IMG/VR virus record: IMGVR_UViG_3300032007_000080
Location: 3,210-67,209 of that record
From: a virus
Lineage: Duplodnaviria; Caudoviricetes
DNA length: 64,000 nucleotides
Reading direction: 5' to 3' (one strand)
Under the pieces are notes generated by a model. It did no database searches. It saw nothing but the letters and a program-made list of their open reading frames with translations, and was not told where the DNA came from. Position 1 is the stretch's first letter. Each line of letters opens with the position of its first letter. Below are positions 56,841 through 64,000 of this stretch, one piece after another. A program made the position numbers and the translations under genes.

Positions 56841-57500
56841 TTATTTGTGATCGCAACGAAAATAGTGTTTATACAGGTATAATAAACTTTCTCCTAACTT
56901 TTCATCTATTGGAAATCTAAACCAACGATATTGATATTTTGTTATTTGTAAACATCTTAATTGTGTAATCTTCGCTGCTAATTCTGGATACTGTTCTCTT
57001 AATAAGAAATAATATAATGTTAATTGACATTGCGTTCTAAACTCATCTAAACTTGATGATGTTTTCCAATCTACTAATGCATAATATGGCTCATCTTCAG
57101 GTCCATCTGGTCCTTTGTTTTGGAATTTACCAATAAAGTCTATAACACCTTTACAAGCTAATTCTTCACTTATTATTTTTACCTCTACTCCAATTTTTTC
57201 TACAATATCACATCTTTCTGCCATCCATTGTTCAAACCAATATTTGTAAATATCGTGTTCTAAACCTACTTCTAATTCTTCTGTTTCTCCTTTTAAGAAA
57301 TGTTCTATTGCCTCGTGAACAGCTTTACCTCTTCTAGCTGCGTTTTCTAATACTGATGGTGGTATATTTGCGTAATGACCACCTTCATCTGTAGCTCCTC
57401 CTATTACAGCGTTTACTACATTATTGGTTCCTCTTAGTTTACAACCAAAAAATTCCTCATCACTGATTTCCTTAAAATTATACATTTGATACCTCCTCAT
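56841..57500 (-). CDS. PD-(D/E)XK nuclease (RecB/Cas4-like)
   Basis: RGKAVHEAIE...E...GVIDFIG...DWKTS...QLTLY. Confidence 0.8.
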   Translation of the reverse strand: MRRYQMYNFKEISDEEFFGCKLRGTNNVVNAVIGGATDEGGHYANIPPSVLENAARRGKAVHEAIEHFLKGETEELEVGLEHDIYKYWFEQWMAERCDIVEKIGVEVKIISEELACKGVIDFIGKFQNKGPDGPEDEPYYALVDWKTSSSLDEFRTQCQLTLYYFLLREQYPELAAKITQLRCLQITKYQYRWFRFPIDEKLGESLLYLYKHYFRCDHK

Positions 57501-57678
57501 CGTATGTTATCATAGCTGCATAAGATGGTCTAGTTCCTTCACCCATAACTACAGCTGTATGTTGGAATTGAACTCCGATTATTACATAACCTTTTTTATT
57601 TAACTCAAACAATTCGTTATTAACTAAACTTTCTAGTCCAATATCATTGTTTGATTGTAATACTTTAATCTGTACCAT
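57478..57678 (-). CDS. Hypothetical protein
   Basis: GGAGGT RBS. Confidence 0.55.
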   Translation of the reverse strand: MVQIKVLQSNNDIGLESLVNNELFELNKKGYVIIGVQFQHTAVVMGEGTRPSYAAMITYDEEVSNV

Positions 57679-57687
57679 TATTACCTC

Positions 57688-57972
57688 CTAAATATTGTTT
57701 TTATCTTCTTTTATTTCAAAATGAAATTTGTTTATGAACATGTTTACCAGGTTCATTATAGGAGAACTTTTATGTTTATTATATATAATTATTATATTAT
57801 CAATGTATTTCTCCAAATTTATCTCCTCAAAATCAATTATGCATTTATCTGGTATAAATTTTGTTGCAAAATCATATATAATTGCTTTTTCTCCTTCTGG
57901 TAATTTTGGAATATCATTACAAATATTATATATTTGTTTTTCGTACTTATTTTCTGGTGGTTTAGTTATCAT
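57688..57972 (-). CDS. Hypothetical protein
   Basis: GGAGGT RBS. Confidence 0.5.
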   Translation of the reverse strand: MITKPPENKYEKQIYNICNDIPKLPEGEKAIIYDFATKFIPDKCIIDFEEINLEKYIDNIIIIYNKHKSSPIMNLVNMFINKFHFEIKEDKNNI

Positions 57973-57984
57973 AATTAGTACCTC

Positions 57985-58545
57985 CTATATTATCCCCATT
58001 TTCGCCGCTAATTTTAATAGCATTTCTGGATTATTTTGTATTTCTGCTTCTAATTCTTTTTGTCCTTTTGGTGTAGCTGACATGTATAACCAGCGTAATT
58101 CTTCATCTGTTAATGGCATACCTATATCTTCATGCAATTTCTTTGCTGCTTCCATATCTTCTTCAATATGGTTTGGTCGGAAACCAACTAAAATAGATGG
58201 TGGTATAGGGAAATTTCCATCAACTGGTCTCCATATATGTAATGTATATTCATTATTGTTTATATAATTATCTGCTTTTGGGTGTAATTGGAAACATTCT
58301 TCATCGTCGTAGAAAAATAATTCTTTCATTTCTTGCATACATTCCCAAGATGGTATTTTATTTTTATGAGAAACACTTAAATGTTCCCATCCTTTTATTC
58401 TTGTGATAGATACTAAGCATTTATCACTAGCTTTATTAGACCTAACTTCTAATTTTAATTTTGATACGGTGTCTGTTTCTACATTTTTATAAACTTTTAA
58501 TACTCTTCTGTCTTGTAATATTTCGTCAAATTTCCTCACTTTCAA
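57985..58545 (-). CDS. Hypothetical phage protein
   Basis: WEHLSVS...IPSWECM..KELFF...YINNNEYTLHIWRP. Confidence 0.65.
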   Translation of the reverse strand: MKVRKFDEILQDRRVLKVYKNVETDTVSKLKLEVRSNKASDKCLVSITRIKGWEHLSVSHKNKIPSWECMQEMKELFFYDDEECFQLHPKADNYINNNEYTLHIWRPVDGNFPIPPSILVGFRPNHIEEDMEAAKKLHEDIGMPLTDEELRWLYMSATPKGQKELEAEIQNNPEMLLKLAAKMGII

Positions 58546-58963
58546 TTCCTCCTATATTGGTTTCTTCACTTATTAAACCGCTTAATTTTGTAAGATATTC
58601 ATTTCGCTCTTGTAATTTACTAATTTTTTCACTAGCTAATTGTAATTCACGTCTTAAGTATTCAATATACTGTTCTTGTGGAAACATATCACCAGGTTTT
58701 AGATTTATATGTTCCTGAGCAGCATATCTTGTTAGTCCTAAATTTATGATATGTCGTAATTTACCTTCTGGTATTATTTTTGCAGCTATACACTCACCTT
58801 GATGTTGTTTAGTTTTAACATATTCTTCTATTATATTCATAGTGTGTTCGTCTTCTTCTTGTACTATTTGTGTATATAATTGATGTGTTATACTAGCAAT
58901 AAAATCATCACTATTAGGACTTTTTTCAAAATTAACGTTAGGGTTTATGTTTTTAAAATCCAT
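58526..58963 (-). CDS. Hypothetical protein
   Basis: ORF. Confidence 0.55.
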   Translation of the reverse strand: MDFKNINPNVNFEKSPNSDDFIASITHQLYTQIVQEEDEHTMNIIEEYVKTKQHQGECIAAKIIPEGKLRHIINLGLTRYAAQEHINLKPGDMFPQEQYIEYLRRELQLASEKISKLQERNEYLTKLSGLISEETNIGGIESEEI

Positions 58964-58964
58964 A

Positions 58965-59162
58965 TTACTCTCCTTTCTTCATATTTTGTTCTTTTTGGAG
59001 ATACTCAAATTCATTCTTTAAAACATTAGCATCGTGAATAATTGGTTCTAATTTTGACATTAAATATTTGCCATCTTGATAATCACTAAGTAATTCTGTG
59101 TTAATAGCGTATAAATAATCTCTAATAGAATGTACGATACTTAAACATCTTTGATTGTTCAT
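58965..59162 (-). CDS. Hypothetical protein
   Basis: ORF with RBS. Confidence 0.55.
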   Translation of the reverse strand: MNNQRCLSIVHSIRDYLYAINTELLSDYQDGKYLMSKLEPIIHDANVLKNEFEYLQKEQNMKKGE

Positions 59163-59237
59163 TTTCCCTCTCCTTTCCTATAAATTTAAAATAAATTTAT
59201 ATTATTTATTATATAATAAATTGAAAACAAAGTAAAC

Positions 59238-59459
59238 CTATCTGTATATTTTATGGTACAATTCTATAATTTCTTGTTGAAGTTCTACGCGTTCTTCCAA
59301 ATATTGATAGTATTCTTGTTCCTCTTTATCTATAATATCGCCAATATAGGCAAAACGCCAGCATATCGCTAGCGCTACCAAATTTAATGTAATCATAAAT
59401 TTAACTAATATTCCCCAAGTAACTGGTTTATTCCACCACTTCATAAGGTTCCTCCTCAA
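59238..59459 (-). CDS. Small membrane protein
   Basis: One TM segment. Confidence 0.5.
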   Translation of the reverse strand: MRRNLMKWWNKPVTWGILVKFMITLNLVALAICWRFAYIGDIIDKEEQEYYQYLEERVELQQEIIELYHKIYR

Positions 59460-59826
59460 AAACTATTTTCATTTCATTTATAATATATTTACATATAACA
59501 TCTAAGTTAGGTTCTAATTGCCACCAAATATCGTGTTTAGCCCATTTAGCTTCGTCTTTATTATCAAACAAATCAGCTATAATAACTTCGTGTTCAGCTT
59601 TACTCCAATAATGATACATCAATTCACCTTTTAACCATTCTTTAAATGTTTCATAATTATAAACTGGTTTCCAATTGTCTTTTCTACCTTTTTTAATCTT
59701 TTTAGCTATTTCTTCTGCTGATGGAAGAACATTGGTAAATACTAATTTATGACTATTCCAATCATATCTAAATGCCATATATTTTAAATTAACATTTTTT
59801 ACTTTCATAATTACCTGCTTTCTCAA
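59428..59826 (-). CDS. Hypothetical protein
   Basis: ORF. Confidence 0.55.
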   Translation of the reverse strand: MRKQVIMKVKNVNLKYMAFRYDWNSHKLVFTNVLPSAEEIAKKIKKGRKDNWKPVYNYETFKEWLKGELMYHYWSKAEHEVIIADLFDNKDEAKWAKHDIWWQLEPNLDVICKYIINEMKIVFEEEPYEVVE

Positions 59827-59860
59827 TGGCTGTCATACTCACAGGTTCTTCAAACCACAT

Positions 59861-60280
59861 TCAAACTCCAGTAGAACCAAATCCACCTTGTCTTTCTCTA
59901 TTTTTAACTAAATCTAGTCCCATAGTTTTGTATTCACATAAAATAGCTTGCGCAATTCTATCTCCAATACTAACTTCAAAGTCCCAATCATTAGTGTTAT
60001 AAAGAATTACTCCAATTTCATTTGGAAAATAATCAGCATCGATTGTTCCAGGTGTGTTTAAAACAGTGATACCTTGTTTTAATGCGAGTCCACTTCTTGG
60101 AACTATTGCAAGATATTCATTTTCTTCCATTGAACAAGTAATTCCTGTTTTTACTAACGCATGTCCATGCGCTGGAATAACTACATCTTCTGCTGCAGTT
60201 AAATCATAACCTGCAGAAAATTGTGTACCTCTTTGAGGTAATGGCCCTTCATAAGGCTTAACATGTACAAAATTTGACAT
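59861..60280 (-). CDS. dut: Trimeric dUTPase
   Basis: AGYDL, IVPRSG, PGTIDADY, RIAQ and RQGGFGSTG motifs. Confidence 0.95.
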   Translation of the reverse strand: MSNFVHVKPYEGPLPQRGTQFSAGYDLTAAEDVVIPAHGHALVKTGITCSMEENEYLAIVPRSGLALKQGITVLNTPGTIDADYFPNEIGVILYNTNDWDFEVSIGDRIAQAILCEYKTMGLDLVKNRERQGGFGSTGV

Positions 60281-60281
60281 A

Positions 60282-60671
60282 TTATCTAGCTCCTTTCTTT
60301 TTTGGAGTGTAAATTGTTCCACCCCATTCTTCAATTTGTTTTACAAAATTAGTGTATGAAACACCGGCAAAAATATAATTATTATCTTTTGTAATCCAAG
60401 GTACTCTGTGATTATTTATATCTTCTACGGAATATCTTGAATTATCTACATTACTGCAAGGCATTTCCCAACCCCAAGGCAATTCAAAAAATACTTCTTT
60501 TAATTGAATTTGGTGTGGTTGATGTTCTGTATCATACCATTCATCGTATGGTGTACCTGCATTATGTTCATAAGGTCTATCGTTCCAATCATCTCCCCAT
60601 TGATGTTCCCAATCACTTGTAAAATATGCTTTTGGTTCATCAGGGTCAACGTAACATAATTTATATACCAT
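60282..60671 (-). CDS. Hypothetical protein
   Basis: QWGDDWNDRPYEHNAG motif. Confidence 0.6.
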   Translation of the reverse strand: MVYKLCYVDPDEPKAYFTSDWEHQWGDDWNDRPYEHNAGTPYDEWYDTEHQPHQIQLKEVFFELPWGWEMPCSNVDNSRYSVEDINNHRVPWITKDNNYIFAGVSYTNFVKQIEEWGGTIYTPKKKGAR

Positions 60672-60833
60672 CTTCTTTAACTCCTTTCAAAGTTTCCTCT
60701 AACGAATCGTTCATAATTTTGGCTGTCTTTTTCGCTGTTCTTATCATCTCTATATAATCCCAAATTTTTGTTAAGTTTAATATAATCTGTGTAGTTAATA
60801 ACACAACGAATAAAATCAAGATTATCGTCCACA

Positions 60834-61334
60834 TTATTCTTTTACCTCCAATCTGTCTAATAGTATTTTTAATTCTTCTTTGGAAACGTTAGGTTCCATA
60901 GCTCTTTCTAAAAGTATATTTATAAATTCTTTTGCGTTTTGATTTGCTTTTTGATATTTACCTTCTTTTTCACGGAAGATTTTTGAATAATCACAAGGAG
61001 TAAATTTAATACCATCTTCCTCCATTTGTTGTTTATAGTCATCTGGTTTATATTCTCCTTTTCTAAACAAATCAACACTTACATATAAATCGTCCATAAA
61101 TGACGCTAATTCATCGTGTGTTAAATGTACATCTTCGTTATAATGTAAAGTATACCAAATCGCTATTAAAAAATTGGATACTGAGTTTTCAATTTCGTCT
61201 TGATACGCTTTTTCAAAATCTTTTCTAATAAGATTATATAACATATTTTCGTGATAATCCAACCATCTAGTCATTTCTTCTTTACTATAACCTTTGATAC
61301 GTCTATAATCTTCTCTACTCAACATCTTTCCCAT
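60834..61334 (-). CDS. Hypothetical protein
   Basis: ORF. Confidence 0.6.
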   Translation of the reverse strand: MGKMLSREDYRRIKGYSKEEMTRWLDYHENMLYNLIRKDFEKAYQDEIENSVSNFLIAIWYTLHYNEDVHLTHDELASFMDDLYVSVDLFRKGEYKPDDYKQQMEEDGIKFTPCDYSKIFREKEGKYQKANQNAKEFINILLERAMEPNVSKEELKILLDRLEVKE

Positions 61335-61545
61335 AAGTATCCTCCTTCATTTTCATAGCAAATTCTAACATTGCTTTGGAAACGTCTTCTCTACTTGAGT
61401 TGGATACATACAACATTTTTCTATCATTAGCATCTCCAAATTCGTATGCTAATAATGTGAAGCCCATACCTTCTGGTAGATTATTCTTTATTTCCTTCGC
61501 AATTAACTGTAATTTCTTGCTCGCCATCTTCTCCCTCTCCGTCAC
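61315..61545 (-). CDS. Hypothetical protein
   Basis: ORF. Confidence 0.5.
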   Translation of the reverse strand: MTEREKMASKKLQLIAKEIKNNLPEGMGFTLLAYEFGDANDRKMLYVSNSSREDVSKAMLEFAMKMKEDTYGKDVE

Positions 61546-61750
61546 TATAAGTCACCTCACTTTCTTCAATATTTTTTTCGTGTATCTTATATAATACATA
61601 CGCTACTTGTTTCATTATATCACTAGCACTTCTAAACCATTCTGCATTTTCAGGTGTATCTTTTATCACGTTTTTAAACTCTACAGTTTCTTCAGTACAA
61701 CCTTCTTTTTTAGTGATATAAATTTCAATACATTTTCTTTTTTCTTCCAT
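61481..61750 (-). CDS. Hypothetical protein
   Basis: ORF. Confidence 0.5.
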   Translation of the reverse strand: MEEKRKCIEIYITKKEGCTEETVEFKNVIKDTPENAEWFRSASDIMKQVAYVLYKIHEKNIEESEVTYSDGEGEDGEQEITVNCEGNKE

Positions 61751-61885
61751 TATTCTTTACCTCCGTTTTCGTGAACTTGAACAGCTAAAACTTTTAAAGT
61801 TTCATTGATTTCACTTAAATTTTCATTTAACTTTTTCATTTCTTTAATCATAGTTTGATAAAATTCGTTTTCTATTACTGTCATT

Positions 61886-62383
61886 TTAATAACCTCCTAT
61901 CAACATATTATCTGTCCATTCTTTTGGGTTAATTTCTAGTATTTGGAATTGTTTTACTCTACATACTATTTTATCTATTCCAGAATTTACTATCAATTTT
62001 TTACAAATATGACAAGGATTTGGATTAGGTACATAATTCCAATTACCATCTAAATCCATACATTCTTTACCAACTAAATATAATGTAGAACCTTTAGTTT
62101 CTCCATTAGCAAATAATATAGCATTCATTTCTGCATGTACAGCTATACATTGTTCATAACCTTCACCTCGGCCAAGATTATTCTTTTTACGATATTCATA
62201 AAGTCTACAAAATCCATTTTCATAACAATCTGTACAACCTCTTGGTGCCCCATTAAAACCAGTAGATAATATTTGGTCATCTTTAACTAGAACTGCTCCC
62301 CAATGTTTATTCATACAAGTACTTCTAGTTAATACCACTTCTGCAATATCTAAATAATAAACATCTTTGTTAATTCTGCTCAT
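61886..62383 (-). CDS. dCMP deaminase
   Basis: RSTC...GAVLVKD...TGFNG, HAEMNA and PCHIC zinc motifs. Confidence 0.92.
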   Translation of the reverse strand: MSRINKDVYYLDIAEVVLTRSTCMNKHWGAVLVKDDQILSTGFNGAPRGCTDCYENGFCRLYEYRKKNNLGRGEGYEQCIAVHAEMNAILFANGETKGSTLYLVGKECMDLDGNWNYVPNPNPCHICKKLIVNSGIDKIVCRVKQFQILEINPKEWTDNMLIGGY

Positions 62384-62891
62384 TTAATTGCCTCCTTATC
62401 TTTGTAAATTCTATTCCTTCTGCCATCATAGCAGCTCTAATTCTATCAGCTCTACTATATTTTGATGGAACAGCTTTTGGTGGTACTAATGTTTCTGGCG
62501 GAAATATTCTGTTTTTCTGTACAAATGCTAAATAAAAAATATCTAATTCTTTATGCCAAGCAGCTTTATATGTAGGATATTCCATTTCAAATTGGATAAA
62601 TTCAGCATCTGTCATATCACACCAAATCCAATTTCTTTTTCGCATTTGACGATAAATTTGTCTATTTCCACATATTTTGTAAATGACTTGATGTAATAAA
62701 TTACTTTCCATTTCATCTTTATAATATAAATCACGTCGAACCAGTTTCTCCGTATTTATACTTTCGGGGTTAATATTATATTTTATCAATAATTTATTTA
62801 ATCGTTCCTCTGCTCTTTTTCTTTCATTTTCATTACCACGTTCATCTTCCGATAAAGCTTTTAACTTTTTAAGTAATTCCTCTTTATTCAT
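62370..62891 (-). CDS. DUF2786-like protein
   Basis: LLKKLKALSED...NERKRAEERLNKLLIKYN. Confidence 0.55.
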   Translation of the reverse strand: MNKEELLKKLKALSEDERGNENERKRAEERLNKLLIKYNINPESINTEKLVRRDLYYKDEMESNLLHQVIYKICGNRQIYRQMRKRNWIWCDMTDAEFIQFEMEYPTYKAAWHKELDIFYLAFVQKNRIFPPETLVPPKAVPSKYSRADRIRAAMMAEGIEFTKIRRQLNEQN

Positions 62892-62900
62892 ATTGACCTC

Positions 62901-63209
62901 CTATCTGTGTTTTTCATACCAGTTCATAGCAATTCTTTCAAGTGTTCTACTTATCTTCTTATTATAAATATCTTGAATTTTTGACAAATCGCAATTATAA
63001 TATAGCATAAGTTGAGATAATACAACTAATACATCAGCGCATTCATCTTCTACATCTTCTTTTTTCTTTGTATAACAAGCGTTTGCCAATTCTCCAACTT
63101 CTTCATTTAACTTCATAATTTCAGTTTCTACACCAAAATATTTAGTTATCGCCTTCAATTTTTCCTCGTTCGGTTTCACTATGTTTTCCAAAACTAATTT
63201 CACCTCCAT
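62901..63209 (-). CDS. MazG-like nucleotide pyrophosphohydrolase
   Basis: KLNEEVGEL...VEDECADVLVVLSQL. Confidence 0.75.
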   Translation of the reverse strand: MEVKLVLENIVKPNEEKLKAITKYFGVETEIMKLNEEVGELANACYTKKKEDVEDECADVLVVLSQLMLYYNCDLSKIQDIYNKKISRTLERIAMNWYEKHR

Positions 63210-63408
63210 ATTGTTCTCTTACAGCTTTTTCATAATCACTCATAGCTATCGTAGTAGATGTAAAGGTAGTAGAATTTTCAATTTTATTGCAGTTATAACA
63301 TTCTGGTTGAGTAGGACTATATACTCGGCCACATATTGGACAAATCCATCCATAATTAAATCCTCTCGTTTGATAGAACATAGTTTTACCTGTAGTTCCA
63401 TTATTCAT
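63142..63408 (-). CDS. Small Cys-rich hypothetical protein
   Basis: GWICPICGRVYSP...CYNC. Confidence 0.5.
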   Translation of the reverse strand: MNNGTTGKTMFYQTRGFNYGWICPICGRVYSPTQPECYNCNKIENSTTFTSTTIAMSDYEKAVREQYGGEISFGKHSETERGKIEGDN

Positions 63409-63889
63409 TTTTAAGTCTCCTTTCCATTTCTTTGTATCGTTTCATACCTTCACTTATTTTTCTCTTACGTTCTTCACTAAGTGGTTTACCTAAACAATGT
63501 TTACCTAATTTAGCTTTTACTTCTGGTTTGGACATTCCTTTCTTTACACCATCGCTTACATGTTTCTTTTGTTCGTCTGTTAAATGTCTACCTCTAGTTT
63601 TAGCTGTTTGTAATGTATCTTGTTCTTTGTCGTGATAATTACCAATCAAGCCTACTATTGGATAACCTTGTTTTCGTAGTTCTTTTTGTAAATATATTTC
63701 ATAAGATTTAGCCTCTTCTGCTGTATTAAACCATTTTATTATTTCTATTTGTACATCTTTTCGCCTATCTTTTACGTATTCTAGCCATCGTCTTTTCCTA
63801 GAATATAAATTATATGCTCGTTCTTTTGAACCATAACCTATATAAAATGGTATATTATCTAATTTATGAACATATACACATTTAATCAT
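63401..63889 (-). mobile_element. Free-standing GIY-YIG homing endonuclease with NUMOD3-like repeats
   Basis: CVYVH...PFYIGYG...R; GRHLTDEQKKHVS and GKPLSEERKRKIS. Confidence 0.8.
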
Positions 63890-64000
63890 AACTTACATCT
63901 TTACCTTCTTCCCTAAGTCTAATATAAACAGGAAACCTTAAACTAAGTGAACCATCTTTATTTTGTGTCTGTTCAAACGCTTGAACCTCAATAACTCTAC
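63882..64000 (-). CDS. ATP-dependent DNA ligase, C-terminal end (partial)
   Basis: Hand translation RVIEVQAFEQTQNKDGSLSLRFPVYIRLREEGKDVSYD contains ligase motif VI SLRFP. Confidence 0.8.
   Translation of the reverse strand, partial: RVIEVQAFEQTQNKDGSLSLRFPVYIRLREEGKDVSYD

Noticed and set aside
56841-57500. Cas4 as part of a CRISPR system
   Set aside because: No Fe-S cysteine cluster, array or other cas genes; a generic phage PD-(D/E)XK exonuclease is more likely
484-63635. Plus-strand ORFs in the supplied track (e.g. 1051..1290, 10136..10618, 25688..26149, 57728..58267)
   Set aside because: They lie antisense to well-supported minus-strand genes, lack RBSs and recognisable motifs, and are expected shadows in AT-rich DNA
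1-64000. Stop-codon reassignment
   Set aside because: Long conserved genes (TMP, PolB, terL, portal, primase) are intact under the standard code, and all three stop codons end genes
1-64000. Integrase/lysogeny module or 7-deazaguanine (dpd/que) genes
   Set aside because: No recognisable recombinase, CI/Cro pair, or FolE/QueD/QueC/DpdA motifs in this window

Overview
A 64-kb, very AT-rich segment of a tailed dsDNA phage with siphovirus-type morphogenesis genes. The host is probably a spore-forming Bacillota/Clostridia member, inferred from spoVS, an AgrB-like gene and sigmaA-type promoters. Essentially all real genes lie on the minus strand. In transcription order (high to low coordinates): end of an ATP-dependent DNA ligase and a GIY-YIG endonuclease; nucleotide-metabolism and small early/middle genes (MazG-like, dCMP deaminase, dUTPase, PD-(D/E)XK nuclease, orphan MazF, SpoVS); a replication block (AAA_24 recombinase, DUF669-type SSB, family-B polymerase) running into a divergent ThyX-like gene, an NDT-family gene, an HD hydrolase, two GT32-like glycosyltransferases, a D5-type primase and VRR-NUC; an early region of repeated promoter cassettes with an FtsK-domain ATPase and a probable origin; terminase, portal, minor head protein, two tRNAs, a DHH phosphoesterase and scaffold; an ~11-kb block between scaffold and major capsid (holin/endolysin, two LRR-like fibre paralogs, an agr-like three-gene operon, a six-gene uncharacterised cassette); head-tail and tail genes with a -1 frameshift chaperone; and the start of a dNMP kinase. 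The two most striking candidate systems are (1) a minimal agr-like peptide-signalling operon (AgrC-like membrane domain, an unannotated 17-aa AgrD-like peptide, and an AgrB-like protease fused to a sigma-70 region-4 HTH) and (2) a probable DNA base-hypermodification pathway. No integrase, CRISPR array or reverse transcriptase was seen. All family assignments come from motif recognition by eye, not database searches.
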